Shown: piece after piece, positions 22,980-36,500 of the stretch
How the letters are laid out: the number at the start of each line of letters is the position of its first letter
Numbering within the stretch: position 1 is the stretch's first letter
Assembly: GCA_037447605.1 (NCBI GenBank)
Contig: CM074804.1
Span: forward strand, 4,255,909-4,319,908
Source: Zygnema circumcarinatum SAG 698-1b
Taxonomy: Eukaryota; Plantae; Zygnematophyceae
DNA length: 64,000 nt
Direction: 5' to 3'
Translations under genes and position numbers: made by a program
Notes under the pieces: model-generated
Seen by the model: the letters and a program-made list of their open reading frames with translations, nothing else
The model's database searches: none
What the model was told of the DNA's origin: nothing

Positions 22980-25900
22980 CTATTTGATTATTGCGTTTGT
23001 GATTAACGAAGTACAAGGACCTGAGGAAGTCATAAACGGCACTCCTTGAAAATTGGCGACTCCGTTGACATCAGTTCGAAGATCCTGTGCAAAGAGTAGT
23101 GTTCCCGCTATATGAGCCTTCATGAGGAGAGAGTGAAGCCAAGCATGCCCTATGAAGACAAGCGTCCCCTACTGGGAACCGAATGAATTGAGAAGACTGA
23201 AAGTAACGAACTACAGATTGCATCTACACATTGAAACAGTCCTAAACCGATACCGTTCTTATCAGCATCCCATATAATGAAAAAAGCAACAACAGTACAA
23301 GAATGCATGATGGGCACTTTCACTATAAATTTCTCCGAAGCTGCAACAGGGTTTTAGGCTGAATTTTGGGTGTCTTACCGGTTGAATCTTTTCAAACTGC
23401 TTCTTCTTTGGGTTCAAGACCTCTTCCGGCTGCCCTTGATGGCTGGAGAGACAGCAACCCACGCAGCAGTATTGAAATCAGAATGGAATTCTCCGAAATC
23501 AGCCCAATCACTCTATCACATTAGGTGTCAGAGAAACCACCCTCAGGCATACACCAGCGTCCATATATGTTCAATTACTTTCAAAAGAGCAACAATAGGC
23601 ATTGGACAGTATGATATGTGGCCACACCCTTCGAAGGAGACTCGTTCCCCAACAGCAGCACCAGGCGGCGGAGCAACAGGTTGGCATTGACTATGATCCT
23701 CATTGGAGGCACATAGCACCTAAAGAAAACCATAAAGAAAGTCAGCCTTAAAAAGCTTGAGAGTAAAAAAGTCCCGCCGATCACCCTTGCTGTTCTCTTG
23801 GAGTGCAGCAACACTTCAGTAACCAAAGGTTGTTCTGCTGCCTTCACTATACGGCCAAGCTAACATAATCACTATTTGCATCATCTGCGCAAGTCAAGGG
23901 TAGACAGGATGGGGGTTCTGCAGATATGCAATAGAAAAAAACTGGGTGGTGCGGCTGTAAGATTGAACATTATGTTATGAAGGAGTAAGTCAAGAGGTTT
24001 GCTTCGAAATTGTTCCAACAATAAAGAAAAGAAATGAATGAGGGAAAATTGAATTGGATTTTTCCCCTCAGAAGCAATCAGGCTTGCAGGTTGGGAAAAA
24101 GCTTGAATTCGAACTAGTTCGTTGCGCCCTAAATTTATTTCAAGGATAGAGGACAAAGCTTGCAAAAGGGCTTGCCCTTCAAACAACAGATCCCACTCCC
24201 TAAAACTCATTCCATTTGAAAGGTTTATTGAGACAGAGATTGTCCTTCAGTGTTGCAAAATTCTGCTGCTTCCATTTGGCCCCATCCGGGAAAAGGACAC
24301 ATACCAGACCTGAAGAAGTCACCTCGCGCACTTTTCCAGCTTTCACATTCGCCAAAACTAGTACCCGCCTTCCCTAAAAGTCCCAAAATCCAGAAAGAAA
24401 CGTCCATAAGCCCCACAATCATTCTTTCTTATTTTTTGTCCAAGCCGATCACAAAAAAATGCGCTCGATAGTTCTCTTGTTACACAAAGCTCCTCATCTA
24501 TGCTGCTGATTGTACGTTAAGCTAGTCTAAACGTACATACACACGGAGCGCCAGTTAACCCAGTTGTATTAGCATTGTAAATGCGTTTCCTTTAAAAGGA
24601 AGTAAAGGCATGCTTACCAGCATTTCTTCCTCTGTCAAAAACTTGGCAAGCCCGCTTACAACCTGCCTTGTGCCTTGCTGCCCAATATCAATCTCCTCCA
24701 CATACAGCCTACCACCCAGTAAACCCAGGTTGCACTCTGCTGAGTTTATAGGCGACACATAAAATGCACCGACGAGGTAAAAGTGAACAGATGCTCATCT
24801 CATCGGCTTTAATATGATGACTTTGTTTTCTTTGAAAGGAGCAGAGAAACAGGGACATCTTGAAAACAACTATACAATGAGAAATCTAATTCCAAGATTT
24901 CCACTAAGATTCCCACTATGAAAGGTAGGTGGATGACTGGAACTGAAACCGAGTTTAATTCCTGATTAGGAAAGGCGACAATGAGATAGGACTTCGTGTG
25001 GCTGTGAGAGAAAAGCATACGTGTCAGCACCCGGATGCTTCCAAACTTTCGTAATCTCCCCAACCCGAATGTCCAACATGCTAATGCTTGAATCAACTTC
25101 CTTTTTCTGTGCCTGAGGTTTCTCCTTTTTTTCCTTCTCCTTCTTGTCCTTCTTGCCCTGCATGGGCACCCCCACTCCCCCCACCCCCCCGCCATAACTC
25201 TATACCTTCCGAAAACTGAAAACAGCACTTGATCGTTCTTAAAGGCTTAGGCATAGTTTCATTACGGCAATTATAGATCAAAAGTTTTGACACTGAGACA
25301 GCAAGGCATTAGGTCTTGTATTAGAGCAAAATACAAACGTAAATACGCAGATACACGTTAAGAATGAGGCAGACAATATAGGTACATACTCCATCTGATG
25401 GACCACCATCGGCAGCAGGAGTCTGAGCCGAGGCAGATGGCGATGGGCCATTGGCACTGGGGGCGGCAGGTTGTACGGCTGCCGGAGCTATAGGTTGTGC
25501 AGAAGCAGAAGCGGCTGGAAGTGCCTTGCGAGCATTCTCTGTTGGCGGAGCTTTTGGCAGAGGGAGCTGATAGAAGAAGCAGTTTCGGAGAACTATTGTT
25601 CAGGTCTCTTCAAGCGAGTGAGGCATCTGCCTCACTAACAATTGTGAATACAAGGAAGTGTGTGATACAACGATGAATCCAGTGGGAACGTGGAAGCCAT
25701 GTCTCCTGACCTGCCTACTGGCTCCCCTTTCCCCTCTCGTCTCTTTGAATGACAGGTTTCTATCGTTGAAAAACAACGAGATATTCATTATGCACTTCGC
25801 TTCATCTCAAGGGTTTCACCTACAAGTGTGAGAAGGTGAAGGGATTCACTTACGGGTGGAGAAAACGTGGGTTTCTCAACTGGAATGCGCTCATAGATAT

Positions 25901-28616
25901 TATCCACGTCACCCTTCATCTGCCGCAAGCAGCAAGCATAGCAGAGAGTGCTGGGCTGCTTAGACACAACGTTAATGACAACGCCCTACACTTCACCGTT
26001 CACCCCAGCTGCAGTGCGGTAAACACGATATGTGAAAACAAACAGACATTTACAATTTGCAGGACATAGTTAAAGACCTGTAATGTTGACCACTCTTCCA
26101 CCTTCACTGACATACCTGAATGTAGTCAAACCAGCGGATAAGATTTGATAGGCGCAATCTCTCACTGGATGCTAGCGCCGCCTGTGCGCGTATTCCCAGC
26201 CAAAATGCAACACTCTTTTATAAAAAAATAAATCACGCGACACCCAAACAAATGATCGGATTGTTTGCAACGAAGTATGTAGCTGGCAGGGGCTTGGCAA
26301 GGGACCAAGGACACAAACTGCAGTTGTTAGTACAGAATCATCCCAATTTGGTCAACGATTGACAATTCTGGCAACTCATACGCAAAAGGGTCCGATTAAG
26401 CTGGTAATTTCAGCCGAACTGCAGACTTAAAAACCCTAAAAACCCTCAAAGAAAAAATGCAACTCACAACAGCATCGTGCACAAGGGCGAAGGTCGCAAG
26501 ATCAGCGAGCGAGATTTTGGTCCCTGCGCCAACAAGCACTGCCTTAGGCCCCAAATACACGTCTAAGGCCTGCAGCCGTGTAGTCGACATGTCAATTGTT
26601 GTATTGCGCCAGGATAGCCATTGAGAGACCTGCCATACGGGACCAATGGAATCAATTTGTGAGACACGGAAACCATAATGCTCTTTATTGAGTTTGTGCT
26701 GAACCAGGTCGACATGGATCTCATGAAATGGGGACACTATGAAGGGCATTTGAGCGACAGAAAGAGCTGCATCGATGCGACTTCAAAACGAGATAATGAG
26801 CCAGAACAAAATTCAAGTTAGCACTCGCAGCAGCGCGGCAACAACCAACTTCACATGATGTTTCTGCTCCATGGATTTATTTAGATTACCCATAACTCAT
26901 GGTAGACGTTGCAGCTCTAAGGCCTATTCAGCAAAATGTTTCAGCGCAGTCGACTTTAACACGAGTCTGCTTCATATGAGGAGTCCTGTACAGTCCAAGT
27001 TACCGGCAATGGACTTACAAAAAAAAAAACAGAAAACAATCAGGAAAACAACATTGACTAATTGTAAACGCCAGTAGATATCCATTCATCAAACTCTGCT
27101 AACGCATAAAGCATACCTCAGCTTGTGACTTTGCACAGTCGCCCAAAAGCTGAGACGCCAGAGCAGATCCTGATGCAGAAGCAAGTGAACGCGTAATCGT
27201 ATTCGCTCCTTTCAACTCTCTTTGAGGGGTCACCATCTCCGGACCTTCCTGATTCAATAGACCAAGAAAAAGTAGAAAACATTGGAGAAGCTTCCTTGAT
27301 GGATGGCATGTTGACGAGAACTACTCTGGCTTCACCCAAGAGAGGGCACACATAAATTCTTAAAAAAGGCCCAGTACACACAATTGATTCCCTAGAAACT
27401 TCCGAAGTCTGACTGAATTTTTCATTGTGACAAACTTTACGGGAAAGTTTGATATCTTCAAACCCAATTTTCCCAATACAACTAAGTTTTGCATTACATA
27501 CAAAATTTTATGCCTTACTCGAACCCCTCACAGTCGAAATGATTCAACGTTGTATACATTGTCAAAATTTAAATTTCCCGAGATCCATGAGAATATCACC
27601 CTTAGCAGCTGAATCACATTTTTAAGTCTTGTCCATACATATATACATATATATAAAAGCAAGGCGAACCGACTTGACTTGAACATTACGTGTTTAAATT
27701 CCCAGATATTCATTCCGAGTGAGCCTTCAAATAATCTAAACCTTGAAGGAATATGTCCTAACCGTACAACTTAAACACGATTCGTTTGGTCAGTTTCGGG
27801 AAACGAACTGCATGCTCATGCAAGACAAGATCGTCCCACAAATGCTGACATCGAGGAGAACGTATTCGTCAAGTTAGACAAGGACCGCAAGAATGAATTT
27901 TTATCAAAAAGTTACTCGAAGTACTCTTGTTCTCCATAGTGAACGCCTTTTTTTCCAGTTTTCACTTATACGCCTTGAGTTCCATCTGCTCTTGAACACA
28001 TTGAAACCAATAAAGCGGCGTGGTTGAAGGCAAATGAAAAACTTGCAAGGTAAAAACAAATGCAAGTCGCACTTGGGCGATTAAGGACTTTTTACCATCG
28101 TGCAAACGAAGCATCCGCTCCCTTCACCAGAAAACAAACTCCACCTTTAAGAATATTAAATTCGTGGATGATTCACCTACTAAATTCGTCAAGCATCCAG
28201 CTTTTCAACTTTGCAGAGCACTAGGGCCCACGTGCGCAGACAGACCTGAACTAGAAAAAAAAAAAGGGGGGGGCGCGAAGAAACACGATCCAGCTCCCCA
28301 TTCTCAAAATGGCATTTCTGAAGTCCCATCTTCTTACCCGCGTGCTGTCATAATGCAGCTCCAGCTCCAGCTCACTCCTGGCCCTACACCAATTGGCAAC
28401 AAGCAGCACATACTTGGAGCCTCCGTCCACACCCAGGCGGAGAGAGGAGGCCACAGCGGGTGCAGCAGAAGGCTCAACAGCATCCAAAGGTGTCATGGAG
28501 TCATGGAGCTCAGGAAGACGGGACCCGTGCAGCTCGGAGCAGGTCCAGCAGCCATGGCCGTCCATGGCGCCTCCTTCCCCAACCCTCAAATTCCCTAAAA
28601 GCATCCCATGGGCCAT
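22980..28616 (-). CDS. Arc1p/AIMP1-like aminoacyl-tRNA synthetase cofactor (GST-like N-terminal domain plus EMAPII/Trbp111 OB-fold tRNA-binding domain)
   Basis: Spliced reading: ..LHYDSTR|EGPEMV..LLGDCAKSQAE|VSQWLSW..ISLADLATFALVH..|..NLIRWFDYIQ (GST-C like), then a Pro/Ala linker and Lys-rich segment, then LDIRVGEITKVWKHPGADT|LYVEEIDIG..RQVVSGLAKF|GRRVLVLANVK..|VLCASNEDH..GERVSFEG|..VLNPKKKQFEKIQP|DLRTD..GVPFMTSSGPC..IIK*. The choice of start ATG is uncertain. Confidence 0.9.
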
Positions 28617-29160
28617 GTCCCTTCAAGAAGCAGCTTCCAAGGTTCGTTCTATGCTCAGCAGTTCCCTAGCTTCCACAGTTACAGTTACGAAACACTGAAC
28701 TGCGGCTGAGCATGGAGTGCAGTCTTAAAGCTGGGAAGAATTTTTGTTCGCCTAGTGTCCCGTTTCGTACGGTCGTACGGACGGAATGGCCGCCCGCGCG
28801 GATCTGCGCGCCAGGCGGCCCTGACGTACGGCGCCACCTCCGCTGCAAACTGTACGGAATTCCAGCTGTGATATCCGTCAGATGCGTTTGGGCCGTCCGA
28901 TCGAGAAGAATCCGGGGGATCGCGCGCCACGTAGCACCCGGGTCGGGCCGGTTGGCGCCGCCCGGCCGGCTGCGACTCACGGCGCTGCGCCCACTGTCCA
29001 GGCCCGGCCCTGCCCTGAAAAGAACTGCGCGCACGGGCAGCGCCTGGGCGCCCTCTGATTGGCGGAGGGCGGAGCACCAACAGCTGCAAAGTTTTGGAGG
29101 GGGCGGGGGAGGGAGGGGAGGAGGCGCGCAGTGGCAGGCGCGCTGCCAGGCGGGCGGGCA

Positions 29161-29319
29161 GACGGACGGACGGACGGACGGACGGACGGACGGACGGACG
29201 GACGGACGGACGGACGGACGGACGGACACTGCAGAAAAGCTTGCTTGCTTGCTAGCTTGCACGAAGCCGCCCTGCATGCTCCGGCCACTGAGGCGGGAAG
29301 GCGGCAGAGAGGGAGAGCA

Positions 29320-29357
<38 letters not shown>
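29161..29357. repeat. (GACG)n and (GA)n microsatellites in the Arc1-like/DUF4057 bidirectional promoter or 5' UTR
   Basis: (GACG)~16 at 29161-29226 and (GA)~18 at 29322-29357. Confidence 0.95.
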
Positions 29358-29362
<5 letters not shown>

Positions 29363-29415
29363 AGAGTGCTTGAGAGGGGGAGAGGAAGTGAGGGAGCGAG
29401 GAAGAAAGGGAAGGG

Positions 29416-32259
29416 ATGTCTGGTCGAATGCAGAGGCAGGGAGGTGGCACGACATCGCACAACCTTTTCAGCTGGAATGACGATGTAGTGCAGACTAATA
29501 CGAAGCCGTACAGCTCGCAGGAGGCGGGATTGGACAGTCCGACAAGGAGTGTCGGGGCTGGGAGGCTCGCACAGCGCTCGCCGGTAGGGCACTGGCATCG
29601 AACTGTTCTGTGCAGGAACACCACCATGAGGTTTTAGGGGACAGGCAGTTGGCGAATGATTGAGTAGATAAAAGCTGCAGTGTAGACTATTGTAGGTGCT
29701 ATGTGTGGTTTCTAGGGTTAATTTGGTAAGAGATTGCTCTGAATGTAGTTTGTTCGAGGCAGATGATGAGATGAGGCTGACCTTTGCGCTTCGCTCACTT
29801 TTATGGGTGGTCAGCTTACAGTATACAATTTACGGTAGTTTTTTTTTTTCTGAAGTAGCAGAATATGAGTCCTCTGGATCGTCAGAACGGCATAGACTAT
29901 GGAAGGCTCAATATTGGTGGAGCTTGGGACAGAAAGTCAGATCTTTTCCTCACATGACTGAACTGCTCAATGGTTGAAATCTGCACTGCTGTTTGTCTCT
30001 AATATTGGCCAGTTGACGTTTTTTATGAGAGGCGATGAATTTTCCATGTGACGGCATGCATTGGTTGCTGCTGTTGTGCAGGCAAGCCAGCTTGGTAGCC
30101 AGATCTTCTTCGGAGAAGGAGGGGAAGAGGAACAGCCACGAAAGTACGTGAAATCTAATGTGACAGCCTGCGATCCTTACTGATTTTCTAATGAAACCGC
30201 CTTTGATATTTACTTTTATATATTTCCATGTGCTGCAAGTTGGTCTTTGTCTTATTTCCTTCGTTCCTACTTGAGTAGCTGCTGTTATGTCCGAAGCGAA
30301 GGAAGTGCAGATTTTAGGGAAGCACCTACTTACCATTGGCAGCGTATTAAATAACCTTTTGCAGACAGATTCTGCATACTGATTGCAGCTCTGACTCTCA
30401 TTGTTCAGTTTTTGCATATCGTTGTATGAAGCTAAGGTGTGAATCATTGCTATGGATCTGCAGTCGCAGCAGACCTGGTGCAGCTCGGAAGCTGGAGGAG
30501 CTTTCTGGAAGCGGTATTTTCTCTCCTGGTCCAGCCAACAATGAACCGGTTGTTCCAGAACGATCAAGTGTGCGCCTGCATCAGGTGCTTTATCTGGTCT
30601 TGCTTTCGCTTTTAAGGAACGTTTCTAGCTGGCAGAAGTTTGGACCTTTATATTTGATCAGTTTTTTTCGACCTCGCCTACGGGAAATGGATGCATGTTT
30701 GGTTCAATGTTCTGATCCGAGTCGTTGTACAACAGTTTCATTGCGATACTGTCACTGAGGCGTTCCACGCTTCATGGTTGTAGCTAATTATGTGTATTCG
30801 TGGAGAGATAGAGTACTAGTTCTTGAGGTTGACTGCAGACTAGGGCATTTGGAGCTTAACGAAAATCCGGTGCTTTTGGCTATTATGACGCAGTAGTGCA
30901 TTGCTATTTTTCATCAAAGTAGGTAAAGACTTGTAAAAAATGGTTACTGGTGTTGATGAATTTGCTGATGCCTCCTATCGAAACTCGAATATCTTAAGAG
31001 TGACGACTTTTAGTGCGTCACTCTGGTCTACCCTTAGGTCTAGAGCACAAGATGAACCATGATAGCAGCATATGATGTCAGTTGACGCGGAGTATTAATG
31101 AACCATTCACATAAGGGAACATTACCTACTTCTCTATACATATTTTTATGCTCACAGCATGATGCAGCGTGGATCTTGTGCGCTGTGGATACCAAGTTAA
31201 CATTGTGATGGTGGGCATCTGATTTAGGTGATAAGGGTCTGCTTCCTCCGCAAAGTCTTGCTTGGGTGCTCCGTGCTTGTGTAATTTGGACCCTGACGGT
31301 TTCGTTTATCTCTCTGCAGCCAGCTGGAGGAGCAAGTCAAATTACATTTGGCAGTGACAGTGACATAACCCCTAAGAAGGTTCTTTCTAATCGAAAGATG
31401 TCGGAATTGAGTGGCACTCCACCAACAGATGATCGTTTGATGCGGAGGCAGTTCTCAGCTGCAAAAATCAGGGAATTGAATGGGTCCTTGTCCATTTTCT
31501 CTTCTCCATCTGCACCAGACCAGGCTAAACTCCGAGGTGATCCTAACAGTGGGACGTCCTACAATGATGGAAAGCCTGTTCGAGTGTCAAAAGTGAGTTG
31601 AACTTCTTCCAATAATTACTGTGTAGGGACAGTGTGTTTACAAAAGGGAATTCAAACACCTGCCCGTAAGGGGCGTCCATTCAGGGACTTTTTTTGCTGA
31701 TTGGTCAAAATATTAAAAATAATGAGGCCAAAATTTTAATTTTGTAAAGGTAATGGTGGACAACTATCACTACCACATTCTATCCACTTGCTCTGAATTT
31801 TGATTCCACGCTCTCAGCAATTATGCTTTAAATATCCTGTACGTTCTGGTGCAGTTGGCTTATTTCCTTGGAATGTTGAACTTGCCACGACCGACGTACA
31901 TTGTATTCCCTTTTAAGAATTTAGAATAGTCAATTGACAAACTAGGGTTCGTTAGAATAGAAGCTGATGAATTGCGAAGTTGTCCCTGCCTGCAACAGCC
32001 TGTTGGAGGTGCAAGCTCAATAGTTTTCGGAGAGGTCGAACCGGAGCCGTTTGCACCCCGTGCTTCGGAGCGCAAGGTGAAGGACCTTTTGGGCACTGGA
32101 GAGTATAAGGAGGAGAGCCCCACTCTCCCGGTTAGCGAGGCCAAGCGGCGTGAACTCCGGGGATGTGACATCTTTGCTGACGAGCAGCCACAGTTCAGGG
32201 ATTCACTGGCGGGTATTCGGCAGCCTCCAGGCGGAGACAGCAGTATTGCACTTATATGA
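29416..32259 (+). CDS. DUF4057 family protein (PGG-repeat, HN1/Jupiter-like putative microtubule-associated protein)
   Basis: Exons ~29416-29583, ~30082-30143, ~30464-30583, ~31320-31591 and ~31999-32259. Motifs: SHNLFSW, SQIFFGE, KLEELSGSGIF, QPAGGASQITFG, SAAKIRELNGS, PVGGASSIVFG, SEAKRRELRGCDIF and C-terminal RQPPGGDSSIALI*. Confidence 0.85.
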
Positions 32260-33553
32260 TCAAATTGGCATGATCAATTGCCGATCAAGGGTAAAGGCTG
32301 TAGGCACAGGCTGGTGTGAATTTGGTGAATCAAATTGCTATTCAATGTTTGGTAGACGTCTATTGTTTCTCTATGCAAACCGCACTGAGGCAAAGCTTCC
32401 TCTGATAAGGCAACTTTGAGGTGGGCCCCATTCGAGAGTCTGGGAGAGAAACAATGCTGGTGTCGATGCGAACTGTTTCCTGAGGCGGAGTGAGCTTCCA
32501 GGTATCCAGAATGGGAGTCTCAGTACTGGTTATTTAGTTGTGAGTACGAGGGAGTTGATCCATTCATTCTGTATCATGTACCTGCAGACGAGCCAGATTG
32601 CCGGGGGGGTACTTGAGAAGTAGCTACGGCACAAATTCGATGTATGTTTATTTTATGTTACCTCAGTAAAAATTTTGCTGTTTAGGCGCCACCTCCAGAA
32701 ATTTTTGATTTTTCCATTTGGCTCGTGAGCTTGCAGATCGGGAATGCACCCTCCGCGCCATCTCCCACTTGAACATTTGCAGCCTGCTTGCATTTTCTTT
32801 TCTTCTTTTTAGGTACACCTTTCAGCTATCACGCTTCTCTTGACAGTGTTCCCTCCACATGACAATTTTCACTCGTCTGCTGTCACTCTCCCTATTTGAA
32901 GATCAGATGTTAAGCTTTACCGATTCTCAGGTGGAAGTCATTCTTCATGTTGTCCTTTCCTCCTTTCTCTGTTTAACATTTGAAGTCTCAAAAGCTTGCA
33001 ATTCTTCTTTTGCTGCCTCTCCTCCCAGTGTCGCACAGCACGTTATCTCCTGGATTCTGTGCAGTGGAGCACCCTGCTGGAAAGCCGTCAGGCCGCTCCA
33101 CTTGCATCTCTACACACTCGAGTTGTGAAGACCAACCAAAGACATGCAGGTCTTGCTAAACGTGTCTGCCGATGCTATTGCATCCTGCATCCGCGGCCCA
33201 AGGCAGCACACAGAGAGGGGGGAGGCTCCCTCCAGCAGAGGCAAGAACGGGCCTCACATCTTGCGCATCCAAAGGCTCAGAACCGCTTCAACTAAAACTT
33301 CCGCCACTCGCTTGACAGTGAGAGCATGGCGACAATTGTAATAAAGTAACTTGAATATGTGAACCACCGTACTATTGAAATTTCTCGTCCCTTCGTGGAG
33401 GAATACGCGGCTCAGGCTAAGCAAATTGGGCGCAGGCCCGCAGACGACCTCCCACGGTAATTGAACATAACATATGATATATATTTATAGAGATACAAAC
33501 GAGAACCAATCAGAATCGCAACTTAAACCGCAGCTAACTATACGCAGCCACTC

Positions 33554-36500
33554 TTAGCGTTGAGCCATCACCATATTGAACACCTGCATTGTTTCAACGA
33601 CACAAAACCACTCGAAGTTCAGATTTCATTTTTCTCTCGTTCTCACTCTTTCGCTCTCAATCTCTCTCCCTCCCTCTCCCTCCCCATCCCCCTCCCACAC
33701 TCGCTCTCTCTCGCCCCTACCCCCTCTCCCCACTGATCTCTCCCCCCTCCCCCTCGCTCTCTCTATCTCTCTCTCTCTCTCTCTCTCGCTCTCTCCCTCC
33801 CCTCATTCTTCCCCTTATTCTTTCCCTCCTTTCAAAATGCAGCCAACCTGCTCTCATATGGATACACATTCGGTCAGAAACAGAGAAAATGCTAGCCCAT
33901 GCTAATCCTTAAAAACTCCTCTGAGGATGGCAGACCTCGTAACTGAAGCAGAGTCTGAACAGCTCGCTAAGGCTGACTGGTGCTCACCTTCCGCACACCA
34001 CTAGTAAGGCCCATGGCTTTCACTCTGCTTTGAGTCTCCCACCGCAAACGCCCCTCCCTGTGCTCCTTCAGCAGGGCATCCTCTCCCTCTCCTGCACACA
34101 GTAGCACCTCACTACTCTCGTCAAGCAGCAGGACACTTGAAGAGTCCGTGCCTTACTTGGTGTTTGAACATAACTTGGAACGGTTACTGTGGAAGAGGAG
34201 AAAATAGCCAAACACCGAACCCAGTTTGAAGCTTGATAGATTCCATCCTCACGAAGGAGAATTATGCTCAAATGTATGTGCCCCCTCCCTCCTAACAATC
34301 CAGAAGAAACATTCTGTTCTTAGTTAGTTTCAGTAACTATACCTCTCATTCTGCGCCGCAGCCTCAACAATTCAACCTGCATATGCAGCCGAATATGAGA
34401 GAAGACATGGCAATAAGAACCCACATCTTCTCGGGTAATGACTTTATACATTTCTCCCCCTGTTCGTTCTGCATTGCTGAAGGACAGCCCAACATCTTTC
34501 TGCAAGAACCGCTTCATCGCTTCTCGCCTTCTTTTTACAGAAACGTCAGGCCCAGGTAATGGCACTGATGGAAATTCCCACTGCCCGGCCAGCAAGCCTT
34601 CCTCAGGCCGCTGCACCAATAGGAAGAGGGAACCTCCCTCATTCTCCACTTCTAATTCTACTCTCTCATTTTCTTGACGCAATTCGCCTGACTTCATCCT
34701 TGAGGGAGTTATGCTTGACCCTACAGCAACTTCTTTATCTGGCCCTTCCAAATCAGGATTACAAACCTTTCCCATTCGTGCCCTAGTGGCGCTTCTTTTC
34801 CTTTTTGTGACTACGATCCTATCAGGACCTCCAACAATTGCACACTTTTGACCTTCTTCTTGACTTCTTGATGTACCTACGCCAGTGTTGTCCAGATGTG
34901 GCCCTACTAGAAGCTCCACCACACATACTGCTGCATGCTCTTCTCTTGGGGCAGCCTTCAAACTCTTTGCAGGAAAATCTGTGACTGACGGCACATTATG
35001 AATTTGATCCACCCTTTTCCGAGTTCTGCCTGAAAGCTGCGTGCCAGGGGTGGCAGTAGCCGCGTCCGCATAGCTCAACACTCTTGCCCGGGCATGGCAG
35101 TGTTGAGAGATAGGACAGCTTGAACAAGAAGGAGAAGAAACTGTACAAAGCGTTGCCCCAAACTCCATTAGCGCCTGCAAATCAACAGACAACAGACCAC
35201 AGACCAAGATTCAGAAAAGCAGTCGAAAAGGGTCTGTCGTCATGACATGCCTTGTCATGACGACAGACCATGTCAGTAGAGTGTTCTCTTGATGACCTAT
35301 CCTTCTTCATGCCTTTGAAAAGATTGCCTGATCTAGTACAATATCAGGAAAATGCACACAATCCTTCATGGGGTCCTCTTCTTCGTATATACCTGGTTGA
35401 AGTCGCCTGGCCTCTTAGGATCCACCAGCTGTTCAGCAAGACGCCAATGCATCCGCCCACTTGACGCAAGCTTCGGGTCAACTTCAAGGGCTCGAAGACG
35501 CGATACGACTCTCACGACATTTCCGTCCACTATTGGTGCTACCTGCACAACCGTCACAGTTCCTGATCACACTAAATTTTTCTGAAAGGAAGGCAGAACA
35601 GAACAGAACAGTCCTGCATCATCTATGCTCCTGCAGCCCTCGCAGGAATGTTCATCAAGGGGAATTATGAACTTAGTTTGGCACTGGGTTTCTCTTGTAA
35701 ACATGTTGAACAACAGAGTCTCATTCATACCGACAATTCCTCTTTAAATATGACAACGACGCTTTGAATTGCAGAGCAGGAGATGGTCATCGCCCTACAA
35801 AATCTTGCACATAATGTGGTCAACTGAAGTGGTCCCAGCTTAGCAATCCCAAAGCCGGGCAAATCTTGGTCCATAGATGCTATTTTGCAAGTCTACCTTC
35901 CCTGAACTTCCCTTCCCTTCTGGTCGACCCACCTGCCTCCGTCCCTCCTTCCACCCTCCCCTCTGTACTCACTTTCCTGCTTTTCCCTCCATCCTGCATA
36001 TTCCCACTGCCTACGCACTCCCGCTTACCTGCCCAAACGCAATAGACGCGATTGCACCAGCAGTGTACCGCCCAATGCCAGGTATTGTCATCAAATCATT
36101 CACAGTTGATGGAAAATTGCCGCCCCTGTGCTCCATGACGTGCTTCACACCCTGTGCTGCCAATAGCCATGGTGCCCCATCCCGTTAGCCTCCACAGGTT
36201 TTCTGGAAGCGACTATGATTCATCGCACTCATCACTACAAAATGTCTAACAGCTATCTTTACTTGTAAATGCTCCTCGAATAGACCGGCTCAAGTTTCCG
36301 CAGTCAAGTAACTTAGACGCATTCAACCATTAACTTCAGAGGAATTTGTAGTTGAACTGAACTTTTACCCTGTTCGACGTTCTATTATTCACAATAAGGG
36401 TAGAGTCAAACCCAAAGTGTGTAAAACAAAAAACCGAGAAAACATCATTCACTAGGACAGTTGAGTTGCAGGCAAAATAGCATGAGCTACAGGATACGTA

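Noticed and set aside
28666-29627. 310-aa, 216-aa and 203-aa ORFs across the bidirectional promoter
   Set aside because: Products of (GACG)n/(GA)n microsatellites and GC-rich promoter DNA.
32850-33350. Short ORFs between DUF4057 and MUTYH
   Set aside because: No recognisable domain or consistent exon chain. Probably 3' UTR or intergenic sequence.
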